From: a virus
Lineage: Duplodnaviria; Caudoviricetes
Reading direction: 5' to 3' (one strand)
IMG/VR virus record: IMGVR_UViG_3300022173_000089
Span: 1-37,190 of that record
Length of the DNA stretch: 37,190 nucleotides
Within the stretch, counting starts at the first letter, position 1; each line of letters opens with the position of its first letter. A program made the translations under genes and the position numbers. The notes under the pieces are model-generated. The model saw nothing but the letters and a program-made list of their open reading frames with translations. It was not told the origin of the DNA and did not search any database. Of the stretch, positions 15,489-25,096 are shown piece after piece.

Positions 15489-15706
15489 GCTGCGAAGCCT
15501 GCGACAGAGCCAGAGTGCACCCCAACTCGGGCCTGTACCGCGCGCAGTGCGACGGGTGTGCAGCTCGCGCGCTGTCTCGCTCTCCGGAGTTTTTCGAGGC
15601 AGCGCAGTCCGGTCGCATGACGCCGCGATACCGCATGGCGTTGTCGCAGTTCTTCGCCGGCCGCGAGGCTGACGGGCACAAGATCGTCAAGGAGTGGGCA
15701 CGGTGA
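15485..15706 (+). CDS. Small Zn-binding hypothetical protein
   Basis: CEAC...CDGC motif; GTGA overlap with the upstream gene. Confidence 0.6.
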   Translation: MSCEACDRARVHPNSGLYRAQCDGCAARALSRSPEFFEAAQSGRMTPRYRMALSQFFAGREADGHKIVKEWAR

Positions 15707-15712
15707 TAGACT
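15684..15712 (+). promoter_or_regulatory. Possible late promoter
   Basis: TCGTCA-N17-TAGACT with a TG extension, before the structural block. Confidence 0.3.
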
Positions 15713-15728
15713 CGCGCCCGGACCCCTG

Positions 15729-16121
15729 GTGAGCAGACCAACTTTGGAGATGGCAACGATGGCAAGCAAGATTTTCGGTCGCGGCGGATCGGTCAAAGAG
15801 CCAGGCGCGCAGGCATTGGGAGACGCGGACAACGAGGAAGCGATCGCGAGCGCGGCCGATCCGGAGCCGGCACCGTGGGAAGGCGCCGACCCGGCCCAAC
15901 CTCTGGTGATGACTGCGGCGCAACTCCAGGCCGCGATCAACCGAGGCGTGAATGCAGCGCTCGATGCGCGAGCCAAGGCATTGGCACCACCCAAAGATGC
16001 GGACCTGCCAGACCAGTCGGAAATCGACCCGGCCACGATCAAGCGGCCAACGCTGAGCAAGCAGGGCTACGTCGTGCCGGCAAACTACGGCGAGCCGGCC
16101 GACCCGAGCATCAAGCGCTGA
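15729..16121 (+). CDS. Hypothetical acidic protein (start may be 15749 or 15759)
   Basis: GGAG precedes an internal ATG; plausible coding sequence. Confidence 0.6.
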   Translation: MSRPTLEMATMASKIFGRGGSVKEPGAQALGDADNEEAIASAADPEPAPWEGADPAQPLVMTAAQLQAAINRGVNAALDARAKALAPPKDADLPDQSEIDPATIKRPTLSKQGYVVPANYGEPADPSIKR

Positions 16122-16131
16122 TCGCCGCAGC

Positions 16132-16587
16132 ATGATCACGATCAAGCCGATCGACGTGGTTGCGTGCATCGAAAGCGCCGCGCCGCTGGTGTTTGAGCAC
16201 TGGTCGGAGATCGCTCTCAACAAAGACCTGATGCTGCTCGATCCAAACGTAGAGGCCTACCGCAATCTCCAGGCGCAGGGCGTGCTGGTGGGCCTGGGCG
16301 CATTCGACGACGACGGCGTGATGATCGGCTACAGCGTGAGCCTGCTGGTGCAGCAGCATCTGCACTACGCTGGGCTCAGCTACATGCAAAACGATGTGAT
16401 CTTCGTCACCGCGTCAAAGCGCAATGGCTCGGTCGGGATGCGGTTGATCCAGGCCACAGAAGCCGCTGCGCGAGAGCGCGGCGCCAAGCTCATGATGTGG
16501 CATGCCAAGCAGGGCACGGCGCTCGACGCAGTGCTGCCGCGCATCGGCTACAGCGTGCAGGACATCCTCTACAGCCGCGAGGTTTGA
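16132..16587 (+). CDS. GNAT-family acetyltransferase
   Basis: NDVIFVTASKRNGSVGMRLIQATEAAARERGA acetyl-CoA motif A. Confidence 0.85.
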   Translation: MITIKPIDVVACIESAAPLVFEHWSEIALNKDLMLLDPNVEAYRNLQAQGVLVGLGAFDDDGVMIGYSVSLLVQQHLHYAGLSYMQNDVIFVTASKRNGSVGMRLIQATEAAARERGAKLMMWHAKQGTALDAVLPRIGYSVQDILYSREV

Positions 16588-16589
16588 TC

Positions 16590-16841
16590 ATGGCCGCCAC
16601 TAGCGCATACATCGCCGCCGCCGCTGCCGTTGCCGGCGTTGCGCAGAGCGCAGATACCAGTCGCCAAGCCAAGCACGCGCGCAGCGACATCGCGCGCGAC
16701 AAAGCAAGGCTCGAATCCGAGTCCGCCCAGCGCGCGGCCGCGCAGACAAAACTGCAACGCACGGCCCTGCGCAAGAACTCTCTCTTTACCGGCGCGGGGG
16801 ATGCTGGCGCCGGTGCCGGCCAAACGACATTGGGCGTCTGA
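16590..16841 (+). CDS. Small virion protein before the portal (T7 gp7.3-like position)
   Basis: Ala-rich, ends SLFTG..TTLG, directly upstream of the portal. Confidence 0.6.
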   Translation: MAATSAYIAAAAAVAGVAQSADTSRQAKHARSDIARDKARLESESAQRAAAQTKLQRTALRKNSLFTGAGDAGAGAGQTTLGV

Positions 16842-16842
16842 C

Positions 16843-18459
16843 GTGGCCGCAAATGCAGATCAGCTCAAGCGGCGCAATGCCGAACTGACGGGCGCCAAGC
16901 AGCTGCATCAGCAAGTTTGGCGCGATTGCGCAGACGTCACGTTCCCAGCCCGGGCCCACGGCCTGGACAACCAGATCATCACCGCCAACGACGCGCAGCA
17001 GCGTAAGTCGATCATCTACGACGCGACCGCGGGCGATGCGTGCAAGGTAGGCGCCGCAACGATCATGGGCTCGATGGTGCCGAGCAACGTCCTTTGGTTC
17101 GGCATCGACATCGGAGAGACAGCCGACGAGGAAGCTGCCTACCTCGAAGAGTTCGCGAAGTTCATGTGGTCGAACATCCACAGCGCCAACTTCGATGCCG
17201 AGGCCATGGATGCCATGCTCGACGCGATGTGGGCCGGCTGGTTCGTGCTGTACGAGGATGAGGCGCCGGACGGCGGGTACTACTTCGAGCTTTGGCCGAT
17301 CGGGCAGTGCAAGATCGCGAGCAGCAGAAGCGGCGCGTCGATCGACACCGTTTACCGCGAGTGGGAATACACGGTCAGCCAGTGCGTGGCCGAGTACGGC
17401 ATCGACGCGGTGAGCGACAAGACGCGCGACCTTTACAACGACAAGAAATTTGACATCAAAGTCAAGTTGCTGCACGCGATCGAGCCGCGCGCGCTGTACG
17501 TGGTAGGCGGCCAGTTCGGCAAGCAACTGCCGTTTTCCTCGTGCCACATGGAGATCGACAGCGGGCACATCCTGCGCGAGAGCGGCTATCACGAGTTCCC
17601 ATGCATGGTGCCGCGCTGGTCTCGCCTTCCGTCGAGTGCCTACGCCACCGGCCCGATGAGTGACGCGCTGCCCGACGTGCGCACGCTGAACGAAGTCGTC
17701 AAGTGGGGTCTGATGGGCGCCGAACTGGTGATCGCGCCGCCGATGAAGGCCACGGATGACGGCGTGTTCAACAGCAAAAACTTCCGCATGGGAGCGCGCA
17801 AGATCGTCGTGGTGGGCGACATGGATAACTTGGCGCCGATCATCACCGGCGGCAAAGTCGAGTTCGCAGAAATCAAGGCCGAGCGCTTGCAGTCCGCAGT
17901 GCGCAAGATGCTGTTCGCCGACCAGCTTCCACCTGCCGACGGCCCCGTGAAGACCGCCTACGAATGGTCGGTTCGCGTGGACATGCTGCGCAAGATCCTC
18001 GGCCCGATGTTCGCGCGGTTTCAGGCCGAGTTTCTGAACGTGCTGATCGAGCGCACCTTCGGAATCACCTGGCGCGCGAACGAGCGCAGCGGGTATCGCC
18101 TGGTCGGGCGGCCTCCGGATTCGCTTCTCGGCCGCACCTTCTCCGTACGGTATCTCTCGCCGCTTGCGCGAGCCCAGCGCATGGAGGAAGTCGCAAGCAT
18201 GGATCGATACGAGGCAGCCTTGGCGCAAGAGGCGGCGGTCGATCCGAGCGTTCTGGACGTGTACGACCTGGACGAAGCAGCGCGCGAACGCAGCCGGCTG
18301 CTCGGAGTGCCGCAGCGCCTGATGCGTGACCCCAAGAAGGTCGACCAGCTGCGCAAGACGCGCGCCGAGGCGGCGCAGGCCCAGCAGCAACAGGCGCTCG
18401 CCGCGAACGGCCAGGCTGAGATGCAGGGCGCGATGGCGAAACGGATGGTGGCAGCATGA
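16843..18459 (+). CDS. Portal protein (head-tail connector, T7 gp8/BPP-1 type)
   Basis: IYDATA, SNF..E, ESGYHEFPCMVPRW..YATGP..ALPDVRTLN, TAYE and YLSPLARAQ motifs. Confidence 0.92.
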   Translation: MAANADQLKRRNAELTGAKQLHQQVWRDCADVTFPARAHGLDNQIITANDAQQRKSIIYDATAGDACKVGAATIMGSMVPSNVLWFGIDIGETADEEAAYLEEFAKFMWSNIHSANFDAEAMDAMLDAMWAGWFVLYEDEAPDGGYYFELWPIGQCKIASSRSGASIDTVYREWEYTVSQCVAEYGIDAVSDKTRDLYNDKKFDIKVKLLHAIEPRALYVVGGQFGKQLPFSSCHMEIDSGHILRESGYHEFPCMVPRWSRLPSSAYATGPMSDALPDVRTLNEVVKWGLMGAELVIAPPMKATDDGVFNSKNFRMGARKIVVVGDMDNLAPIITGGKVEFAEIKAERLQSAVRKMLFADQLPPADGPVKTAYEWSVRVDMLRKILGPMFARFQAEFLNVLIERTFGITWRANERSGYRLVGRPPDSLLGRTFSVRYLSPLARAQRMEEVASMDRYEAALAQEAAVDPSVLDVYDLDEAARERSRLLGVPQRLMRDPKKVDQLRKTRAEAAQAQQQQALAANGQAEMQGAMAKRMVAA

Positions 18460-18746
18460 GCCGGCCGGATCCCGATCACGATGCCGAGCGCGCGCGTGTG
18501 GACTCTCTGTTTCTCGACCTGTTCGAGGTCGATCGCCGGGGCGTGACCGTGTTCGAAGACTTGTATGCTCGCTTCGCAGCGCGGGCCAAGGTACACACGT
18601 CCGGCGGCATCGACGCGGTGCTGCGGACCTACCAGGCTGCCGCGAACCGCGAGGTCATCGAGTACATCGTCATGCGGTGCAACCGTGCGCGCGGGGTCTC
18701 GGATCAGGCCGAGATAGAGCAGCCCGAACAATCAACCGACCTTTGA
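18456..18746 (+). CDS. Bbp19-like small protein after the portal
   Basis: LFE...GVTVFEDL..RF and REVIEYI pattern, plus position. Confidence 0.65.
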   Translation: MSRPDPDHDAERARVDSLFLDLFEVDRRGVTVFEDLYARFAARAKVHTSGGIDAVLRTYQAAANREVIEYIVMRCNRARGVSDQAEIEQPEQSTDL

Positions 18747-18758
18747 AGGGGGACCGTC

Positions 18759-19226
18759 ATGGCCAACATCGTTTTCAACATCGCCGCGGGGCGTGTCGTC
18801 GAGTTATACAACCGAGTCGAGAGCAATGACCCGGCAAACAGCGCGTTCATCCTCGTTCCGATCGAGACAACGGGCCTGGAGGCCGACGCGACGCTGATCG
18901 ACGCCGACACGCTTGCCGCGCTGTTGTCGGGCACGACGAACGAGCAGACGACGATGGGGCGCAAAACGCTGACCGACGCGGACTTGGCTGCGCTGCCTGC
19001 GCCTGACGACACAAACAACCGCTACGATGTGTCACTTCCGACAACGACGTGGACGGCAGCAGCCGGCAACGCGATCAGCAAGATTGCCGTGTGCTACGAC
19101 CCGGACACCACCGCCGGCACGGACGCGAACATCATCCCGCTCACGATGTTCGACTTCGCGCAGACGCCGAGCGGCGCCGACATTCAGATGACCACCGGCG
19201 TGTTCTTCCGCGCCACTCCGACTTGA
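18759..19226 (+). CDS. Putative structural protein of the inserted fibre module
   Basis: MANIVFNIAAG.., RKTL, PDDTNNR and YDPDTTAGTDANIIPLT..DF..TPSGADI resemble minor structural proteins of tailed phages. Confidence 0.6.
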   Translation: MANIVFNIAAGRVVELYNRVESNDPANSAFILVPIETTGLEADATLIDADTLAALLSGTTNEQTTMGRKTLTDADLAALPAPDDTNNRYDVSLPTTTWTAAAGNAISKIAVCYDPDTTAGTDANIIPLTMFDFAQTPSGADIQMTTGVFFRATPT

Positions 19227-19230
19227 TGCC

Positions 19231-19596
19231 GTGCACCGCTTCCCCAACCGCGTACTCGAAAGCTCGACCGCGACGATAGGCACGGGCGACGTCACCGTGG
19301 TCGGCGCGGTGGCCGGCTATCAGGCGTTTGCCGCCGAGTGCGAGGTCGGAGACACGTTCCCCTACTACGGCGAGGCGGTTGACGGCAGCGGCAACCCGAC
19401 CGGGGCATGGGAAAACGGCACCGGAACTTTGTTGACCGCCACGACGTTCAGCCGATCCCCAGAGTCCAGCAGCAACAGCGACGCACTGGTCAACTTCGGC
19501 GCTGGCACCGTTTACTGGTCCATCGGCTGGAACGAAAAAATGATCTTCACCAGAGGCATGGCCTTCGCAATGGCCTTGAATCTGCACACACCGTAG
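19231..19596 (+). CDS. Putative fibre N-terminal-type structural protein
   Basis: NRVLESST..GTG..GAVAGYQAF..WENGTGT pattern. Confidence 0.55.
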   Translation: MHRFPNRVLESSTATIGTGDVTVVGAVAGYQAFAAECEVGDTFPYYGEAVDGSGNPTGAWENGTGTLLTATTFSRSPESSSNSDALVNFGAGTVYWSIGWNEKMIFTRGMAFAMALNLHTP

Positions 19597-19605
19597 GGGC
19601 ACACC

Positions 19606-20061
19606 ATGCCAGGCAATACGCAACCGCTGTACAGCAAAGTCGCCGACATTCAAAGCCCAGGCGAGATCGTCGGACCGACCGCCAACACGGCGCAGGACGG
19701 CACCAGCTCGGCGACGAGCATGGACCAGGTTTGGCAGGCCGACGCAACCAACGGCGGGTTCCTCGAAAAGATCAGGCTCAAGGCGGCGGGCTCACCGGCT
19801 GCCACCGTGGCTCGCGTCTTCCTGTGCTCCGTGACCGGCGCCTTCACGATGGGCACGACGAACACCGTGGTGAACACGTGGCTGATCGCCGAGAAGGGCC
19901 TGCTCGCGGTCACGTTGTCGCAAACGCTCGGCCAGGTGGACGTTGACATCCCGATCAACATGGCAATCCCGCCCGGCTACCGCGTGCTGATTGCGTTCGG
20001 CACGTCCACCGGAGCGGCCGGAACCGGCTACGTGGCCACGGGCATCGGCGGCAAGTTCTGA
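19606..20061 (+). CDS. Putative structural beta-sandwich protein
   Basis: NTQPLY..ANTAQDGT..NGG..ATVARVF..GGKF pattern. Confidence 0.55.
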   Translation: MPGNTQPLYSKVADIQSPGEIVGPTANTAQDGTSSATSMDQVWQADATNGGFLEKIRLKAAGSPAATVARVFLCSVTGAFTMGTTNTVVNTWLIAEKGLLAVTLSQTLGQVDVDIPINMAIPPGYRVLIAFGTSTGAAGTGYVATGIGGKF

Positions 20062-20969
20062 TGGACCTGATCCACCTGCCCAACGAGGCGGGAATCCGCA
20101 TCGCGCGGTTCCTGCCGAGTGCAGGCGCCAATGCGTGGCAGACGTGGACGCGCCCGCGCGGCGTGTCCATGGCCATGATGTTCGTGCTGGGCGCGGGCGG
20201 TGGTGGTGGCGGTGGCTCGACAAATGCGGCCGGCACGGTGCGCGGTGGCGGTGGTGGCGGCGGCAGCGGTGCAGTGGTGCGCGGCACGTTCATGCTCGAC
20301 CTGCTGCCGTCAACGCTCTACGTGCTGCCAGGCCTGCGCGGGCTGGGCGGGAACGCCGGCGCGACCGGCGTCACTGGCGGCGTGGGGTCGCGCAGTTATG
20401 TCTCGATCACGCAAGCGTTGACCGCCGCCGACCTAGTGCTCGCATCCGGTGCTGGCGATGCAGGCGGCGGCGTGGGCGGATCAACCGCAGCCGGTACCGC
20501 CGGAGCAGCCGGCTCGATCATGGCCGCCACAACGGCCATCCTTTCGTCGCTCGGCCATTGGGTGGCTCTTGCCGGCCAGGGTGGCGGCGCCGCTGGCGCT
20601 GTCGGAGGCGCTGCGGGTGTGGCGATCACCGCTTTGGCAGCGCTGTGCGTCACAGGCGGGCCAGGTGGCGGCACCACGCCGGCGGCAAACACAAACTTTG
20701 CCGGTGGCGCGCTGACCGGTGCGGGCATTTTGGCGCGGACCATTGCCGGCGGTACGGCTGGCGGCGGCAACGGGGGACATGGGTTCGGCATCGACCGGCC
20801 TTTTATCCAGACTGCGGGCTCAGGCGGCGGCACAAACGGAGCGGCCGGCGTCGCTGGAGCGGGCGGCCATGGCGCGCTCGGTTGCGGTGGCGCTGGCGGC
20901 GGCGGCGGCGTCACGGGCGGGCGTGGTGGCGACGGCGGAGGCGGAGTTGTGATCATCGCTTGTTGGTAA
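20061..20969 (+). CDS. Glycine-rich fibre-domain protein
   Basis: TWTRPRGV..VLGAGGGGGGG start and GGDGGGGVVII.W end. Confidence 0.75.
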   Translation: MDLIHLPNEAGIRIARFLPSAGANAWQTWTRPRGVSMAMMFVLGAGGGGGGGSTNAAGTVRGGGGGGGSGAVVRGTFMLDLLPSTLYVLPGLRGLGGNAGATGVTGGVGSRSYVSITQALTAADLVLASGAGDAGGGVGGSTAAGTAGAAGSIMAATTAILSSLGHWVALAGQGGGAAGAVGGAAGVAITALAALCVTGGPGGGTTPAANTNFAGGALTGAGILARTIAGGTAGGGNGGHGFGIDRPFIQTAGSGGGTNGAAGVAGAGGHGALGCGGAGGGGGVTGGRGGDGGGGVVIIACW

Positions 20970-20978
20970 GGGCGGCCC

Positions 20979-23105
20979 GTGCCAATTGCATTCGTCCAAG
21001 CTGCGACACTTGTCGAGGTTGCCAGCTCATCGACAACCGCGCCGAGCATCACGCTCAATGGTGTCACAACCGGCAACGCGCTCGTTGTTGTCGCATCGAT
21101 CTTCGATGCAAACGGCACATGGACAGTCAGCAGCGTCACCGACGGTGGCGACACATTCACCGTCTACAGCCCGAAATGCACCTACACGGCCAGTGGAGAC
21201 ATTGAGCGCTCGGTACTTGGCTTTGCGGTTGACGTTGCCGGCGGCAATGTCACCGTGTCGGTCAATCTGGCCGGGACAAGCGGAGGCTCGAATCGCGCCT
21301 ATGCGATTGGACTGTTTGAATACAGCGGTGTCGCCACTGCGGCGGCTGAGCGGGATTCTGCGACAAGCGAAGAATTCTCGATTACTACCAACGACGTTTC
21401 GGCGGGTGGGACTGGTTTCAGCACGAACGCAGCGGACCTGATCGTCGGCACTGCGTCGATCATCGGTGACGATACAACGCTGAACTGGGCGAGCCCGACG
21501 AGTTGGACAAACCGCTATCGGCAAAACGACGGCTTCAACGTGCCGTCAATCGACGCCGGGACTTGGTTGCCTGGCAGCGCGCAGACCAACTACCTTGCAC
21601 AGTGGGCACACGACAACCTCTCCGGCATGTTCGGCGCCGCTGTTGTTGTGGCGCTCAAGGCCGCTGGTCCCACGATCACCGCGCAGCCGGTCAGCCAAAC
21701 TGTCAACAACGGCGCGACGGCGACATTCACGGTTACCGCGACGAGTAGCGGCGGCGCGTTGGTGTACCAGTGGAAAGACGATGGCTCAAACGTCGGGACC
21801 AACAGCGCGACCTATGCGCCGGCCGCCGACTACACGATGCAAGGCTCGCAGATCACTTGCGTGGTCAGCGACGACAACGGTTCTGTCACCAGCAACGCGG
21901 CGACCCTGCTGGTGTCGTTCAACCTCACGGGCACCGGGCCACGCCGGAACCAGCGCATCGGAAGCTTCCCGATTGGGTCTTGGGGGCCGCTTGGCGTTGC
22001 GACTGCTGGCGGCGGATCCGCGCCTGTCGGGCTCGCATCGGAAACTGACACTGCGTTCGCGCTCGGTTCAGCGCGCCCGGCCGGCCTCGCATCCGAAACC
22101 GATTCCGCTCTCGCCCTGGCCGCACGCCAGATTCTCGCCGCAGGCCTCGCCGTCGAGACGGACACCGCGTTTGCACGTGGCTCAGCCCGGCCGGCCGGCT
22201 TGTCGATCGAAACCGACTCAGCGTTTGCACGCGGTTCTGCTCGACCTGCTGGGCTCGCGTCCGAAGTCGATTCAGCCCTTGCGCTCACGGCTGCCCATAT
22301 TCGGCAGGCTGGCCTTGCGAGCGAGACCGACACGGCCTTTGCACTCGCCGCGGTTCAGATCATTCAGGCCGGCCTGGCGCAAGAAACCGATACTTCTTTC
22401 GCGCTTTCACCAGGTGCCGGGGCCGCGGTTGGCCGAGCCGACGAAACGGACAGCGCCTTCGCCCTCAGCGGCGTGCAGCTGCGGCAAGCCGGGCTCGCGC
22501 AGGAAACGGACTCGGCGCTTGCACTCGCAGCGGTGCAGGCACGAGCTGCGGGCCTTGCCGTCGAGACCGATTCCGCGCTGGCGCTCGGCGCCGTTCAATC
22601 GCTGCAGGTCGGACTCGCAACCGAGACCGATACCGCGCTCGCTCTGGCCGCGGGAGGCGCGCTTGCCGTGGGCATGGCAACCGAGATCGACACGGCCTTC
22701 TCCCTGGTCGGCGTGTCGCTCGGTGGCGTCGTGTCGCTTGGTGGCAAAGGCAAGAAGGTCAAGGCCGATCGGGCGCGGCTGTGGCGGACATACCAAGGCG
22801 AGCCGGTGCGGATGCCGGTGGGCCTGGCCGTCGAGCGCAACACGGCGTTCGCCCTGGGCATGCGCGTGTCGCCAGCATTTGGGGCCCGGCTGCGCGCGGC
22901 GGCCGAGTTCAAGCGATCCCCGTGGCCCGCCGATCCGCCGCGGGTATCCGCGCCGACTGCCGCTGTTCCGCCGCGCTGGGCCGGCGAGATCCAGCGCACG
23001 ACCAAGGCAGAATTGAAGCTGCAACGAACCGATTCCGAATCCAGGCGCCTGGCCCGCATGCGCGAGCTGGAAGCCGAACTTGCGGCCTTGCGCCGCTCAA
23101 CTTGA
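20979..23105 (+). CDS. Ig-like and repeat-containing fibre/adhesin protein
   Basis: N-terminal beta-sandwich, Ig I-set-like domain (PTITAQP..YQW..CVVS..SNAATL) and GLAxETDxAxAL repeats. Confidence 0.75.
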   Translation: MPIAFVQAATLVEVASSSTTAPSITLNGVTTGNALVVVASIFDANGTWTVSSVTDGGDTFTVYSPKCTYTASGDIERSVLGFAVDVAGGNVTVSVNLAGTSGGSNRAYAIGLFEYSGVATAAAERDSATSEEFSITTNDVSAGGTGFSTNAADLIVGTASIIGDDTTLNWASPTSWTNRYRQNDGFNVPSIDAGTWLPGSAQTNYLAQWAHDNLSGMFGAAVVVALKAAGPTITAQPVSQTVNNGATATFTVTATSSGGALVYQWKDDGSNVGTNSATYAPAADYTMQGSQITCVVSDDNGSVTSNAATLLVSFNLTGTGPRRNQRIGSFPIGSWGPLGVATAGGGSAPVGLASETDTAFALGSARPAGLASETDSALALAARQILAAGLAVETDTAFARGSARPAGLSIETDSAFARGSARPAGLASEVDSALALTAAHIRQAGLASETDTAFALAAVQIIQAGLAQETDTSFALSPGAGAAVGRADETDSAFALSGVQLRQAGLAQETDSALALAAVQARAAGLAVETDSALALGAVQSLQVGLATETDTALALAAGGALAVGMATEIDTAFSLVGVSLGGVVSLGGKGKKVKADRARLWRTYQGEPVRMPVGLAVERNTAFALGMRVSPAFGARLRAAAEFKRSPWPADPPRVSAPTAAVPPRWAGEIQRTTKAELKLQRTDSESRRLARMRELEAELAALRRST
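22027..22857 (+). repeat. 13 coding repeats of (A/V)GLAxETD(T/S)A(F/L)AL, 18-20 aa period
   Basis: Twelve tandem copies plus one detached copy, visible in the translation. Confidence 0.85.
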
Positions 23106-23116
23106 AGGAGCAAACC

Positions 23117-24019
23117 ATGTTCGAAGTCGCAACCCCTCCAGCAGCTGCGCCCGTCGCCACTCCGCCAGCAGCAGCAGCAGCGCCTGCCGCTGCTCCCCCG
23201 GCCGCACCTGCGCCGGCACCGGCCAAGCAAGAAACCCTTTTCGCGCCGCCTCCCGCTGCGCCTGCAACTGCGCCGGCTCCACCCGCCGCTGCTCCAGCAC
23301 CGGGCGCCGCGCCAGCAGCACCGCCGGCTGCCGGCGACCCGCTCGCCTGGCTGCCCGAGAAGTACCGCGTGAACGGCGCCGACGGCAAGCTCGACCTGGA
23401 GGCCAGCAGCAAGAAGATGAGCGACGGCCTCGCTGCGGCGGTCGCGCGCATCGGCACCGGCGACCTGCCGCCCAAGACGCCAGACGAGTACAAGTTCACT
23501 CCGCCCGAGGCCTTCAAGGACATTCCCTTCGACCCCGAGCTCAACAAGTCCTTTCGTGAGAGAGCCCACAAGCAGGGCCTTACCCCGGCGCAGTTCGAGT
23601 TCGTCATGGGCGAGTATTTTCAACTGGTGCCCAGCCTGCTCGACGGTAAGGCAGCCGCAACCGCCGCCGAGGCTCGGGCTGAACTGCAAAAGGTGTGGGC
23701 AGCGCCGGCCGAGCTTGACAAGGCGATGAGTGCGGCCGAGCGCGCGGTCGCCGGGGCGCCGGAAGGGTTGCGCGATCAGTTGAAGGACAAGTACGGCACC
23801 GACCCACTGTTCTGGCAGTTCGCCGCGCACTACGGCATGCAAATGGCCGAGGACAAGCCGCCGGGATCACCGCCTGCGCCGGCCGGCGGGAACGGCGACA
23901 TCGAAACGATCATGAAGTCCGAGGCATACCGCAACCCGAAGCACGCCGAGCATGCGGCAGTCAGCGCGCGAGTGGCGGATGCGCTGAAACGTCGGTACGG
24001 AGAAGCACCGCTGACCTGA
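23117..24019 (+). CDS. Capsid scaffolding protein
   Basis: AAGGAG RBS, Pro/Ala-rich N-terminus, WLPEKY, PKTPDEY, GLTPAQ and AYRNPKH motifs; directly before the capsid gene. Confidence 0.82.
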   Translation: MFEVATPPAAAPVATPPAAAAAPAAAPPAAPAPAPAKQETLFAPPPAAPATAPAPPAAAPAPGAAPAAPPAAGDPLAWLPEKYRVNGADGKLDLEASSKKMSDGLAAAVARIGTGDLPPKTPDEYKFTPPEAFKDIPFDPELNKSFRERAHKQGLTPAQFEFVMGEYFQLVPSLLDGKAAATAAEARAELQKVWAAPAELDKAMSAAERAVAGAPEGLRDQLKDKYGTDPLFWQFAAHYGMQMAEDKPPGSPPAPAGGNGDIETIMKSEAYRNPKHAEHAAVSARVADALKRRYGEAPLT

Positions 24020-24022
24020 GTG

Positions 24023-24052
24023 TGGACATTGCCGCCGCGAGCCTGCTATGAT
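24023..24052 (+). promoter_or_regulatory. Sigma70-like promoter for the capsid gene
   Basis: TGGACA-N18-TATGAT with an extended -10 TG. Confidence 0.6.
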
Positions 24053-24059
24053 GCTGCAA

Positions 24060-24165
24060 CAGGCCCGCAGCGGCATGCGGATACCCTGAAAACTGCCCGA
24101 GCGGCGCGACACGTGAAGCCAGTCGTCGCCGCCGTAGCGCAGGCCCGGCGTGCCGGACACCCTGA
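24060..24165 (+). ncRNA. Candidate structured 5' leader of the capsid mRNA
   Basis: Two CAGGCCCG..CGGAYACCCTGA hairpins 80 nt apart, flanking a third hairpin. Confidence 0.45.
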
Positions 24166-24199
24166 CCCAAGGCTGAATCATCAACCTCTGGAGTAGGAA

Positions 24200-25066
24200 A
24201 TGTCCACCATTCCTCAATGGTTCGTGACGCAGTGGGACACTGCGGTTCGGACCGAAGCATCGCAAAAAGAGTCGCGCCTCATGGGCACGGTGTTCGACAA
24301 AGGCACCATCACCGGCGAGTCGTTCACCGTCAACCGCCTGGCCGACGACGGACGCACGCTCACCGCAAACACCGTGCGGCACGGCGACACCGAATGGTCG
24401 CTCGAATCGCAGTCGGCGGCCGTCGCCCTGATGTCCGACTTCTACGAAGCGGTCCCGCTCGATCGCAACGATATCCCGAAGATGCTGGTCAACCCGGTCA
24501 CCGGCGGCGACTACATGGGCAACCTGATGGCGCGGCGCAATCGCACCATCGACAAGATCATCTACGACGCGGCCCGGGCAACGGTCACGCTCAAGGATGC
24601 GTCGACGATCGCGCTTCCGGCATCGCAGAAGGTCGCGGTCGGCGGCACTGCGTTCACCAAGGCCAAGCTGCTCACCACCCGCAAGATTTTCCGCCGCAAC
24701 GAGGCGGACAAGGAAGCGGGCGAAGAGCTGTACATCGCCTACAACGACGAGATGCTCGAAGACATCTTGAGCGACACCACGCTGACGAGCGCCGACTTCC
24801 TGGCCGTGAAGATGCTTCAGGAGGGCGACGTGTCGCGCAACTGGATGGGCTTCAAGTGGATTCCGTTCAACGGGATCACGAAGGTGTCGACCGACTACTT
24901 CACGATCGCCTGGGCCAAGTCCGGCATTCATTTCGGCAAGGGCTACGAGGAAGGCAACGTCACCCGACGCGGCGACAAGAAAGACGCCTGGCAAGTCTCG
25001 ATGGGGGCCAGCTACGGCGCTGTCCGCCAAGACGAGAAGAAGGTCGTCGAAATCGCCTTCCTGTAA
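24200..25066 (+). CDS. Major capsid protein
   Basis: 288 aa; FVTQW..QKESRL, NRTIDKII, TSADF..WMGFKWI and GAVRQDEKKVVEI motifs; follows the scaffold gene. Confidence 0.9.
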   Translation: MSTIPQWFVTQWDTAVRTEASQKESRLMGTVFDKGTITGESFTVNRLADDGRTLTANTVRHGDTEWSLESQSAAVALMSDFYEAVPLDRNDIPKMLVNPVTGGDYMGNLMARRNRTIDKIIYDAARATVTLKDASTIALPASQKVAVGGTAFTKAKLLTTRKIFRRNEADKEAGEELYIAYNDEMLEDILSDTTLTSADFLAVKMLQEGDVSRNWMGFKWIPFNGITKVSTDYFTIAWAKSGIHFGKGYEEGNVTRRGDKKDAWQVSMGASYGAVRQDEKKVVEIAFL

Positions 25067-25096
25067 GCAACCCGCCACCATCAAGGAGAATTTGAC

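Noticed and set aside
23126-23335. Pro/Ala low-complexity repeats
   Set aside because: An ordinary disordered N-terminus of a scaffolding protein.
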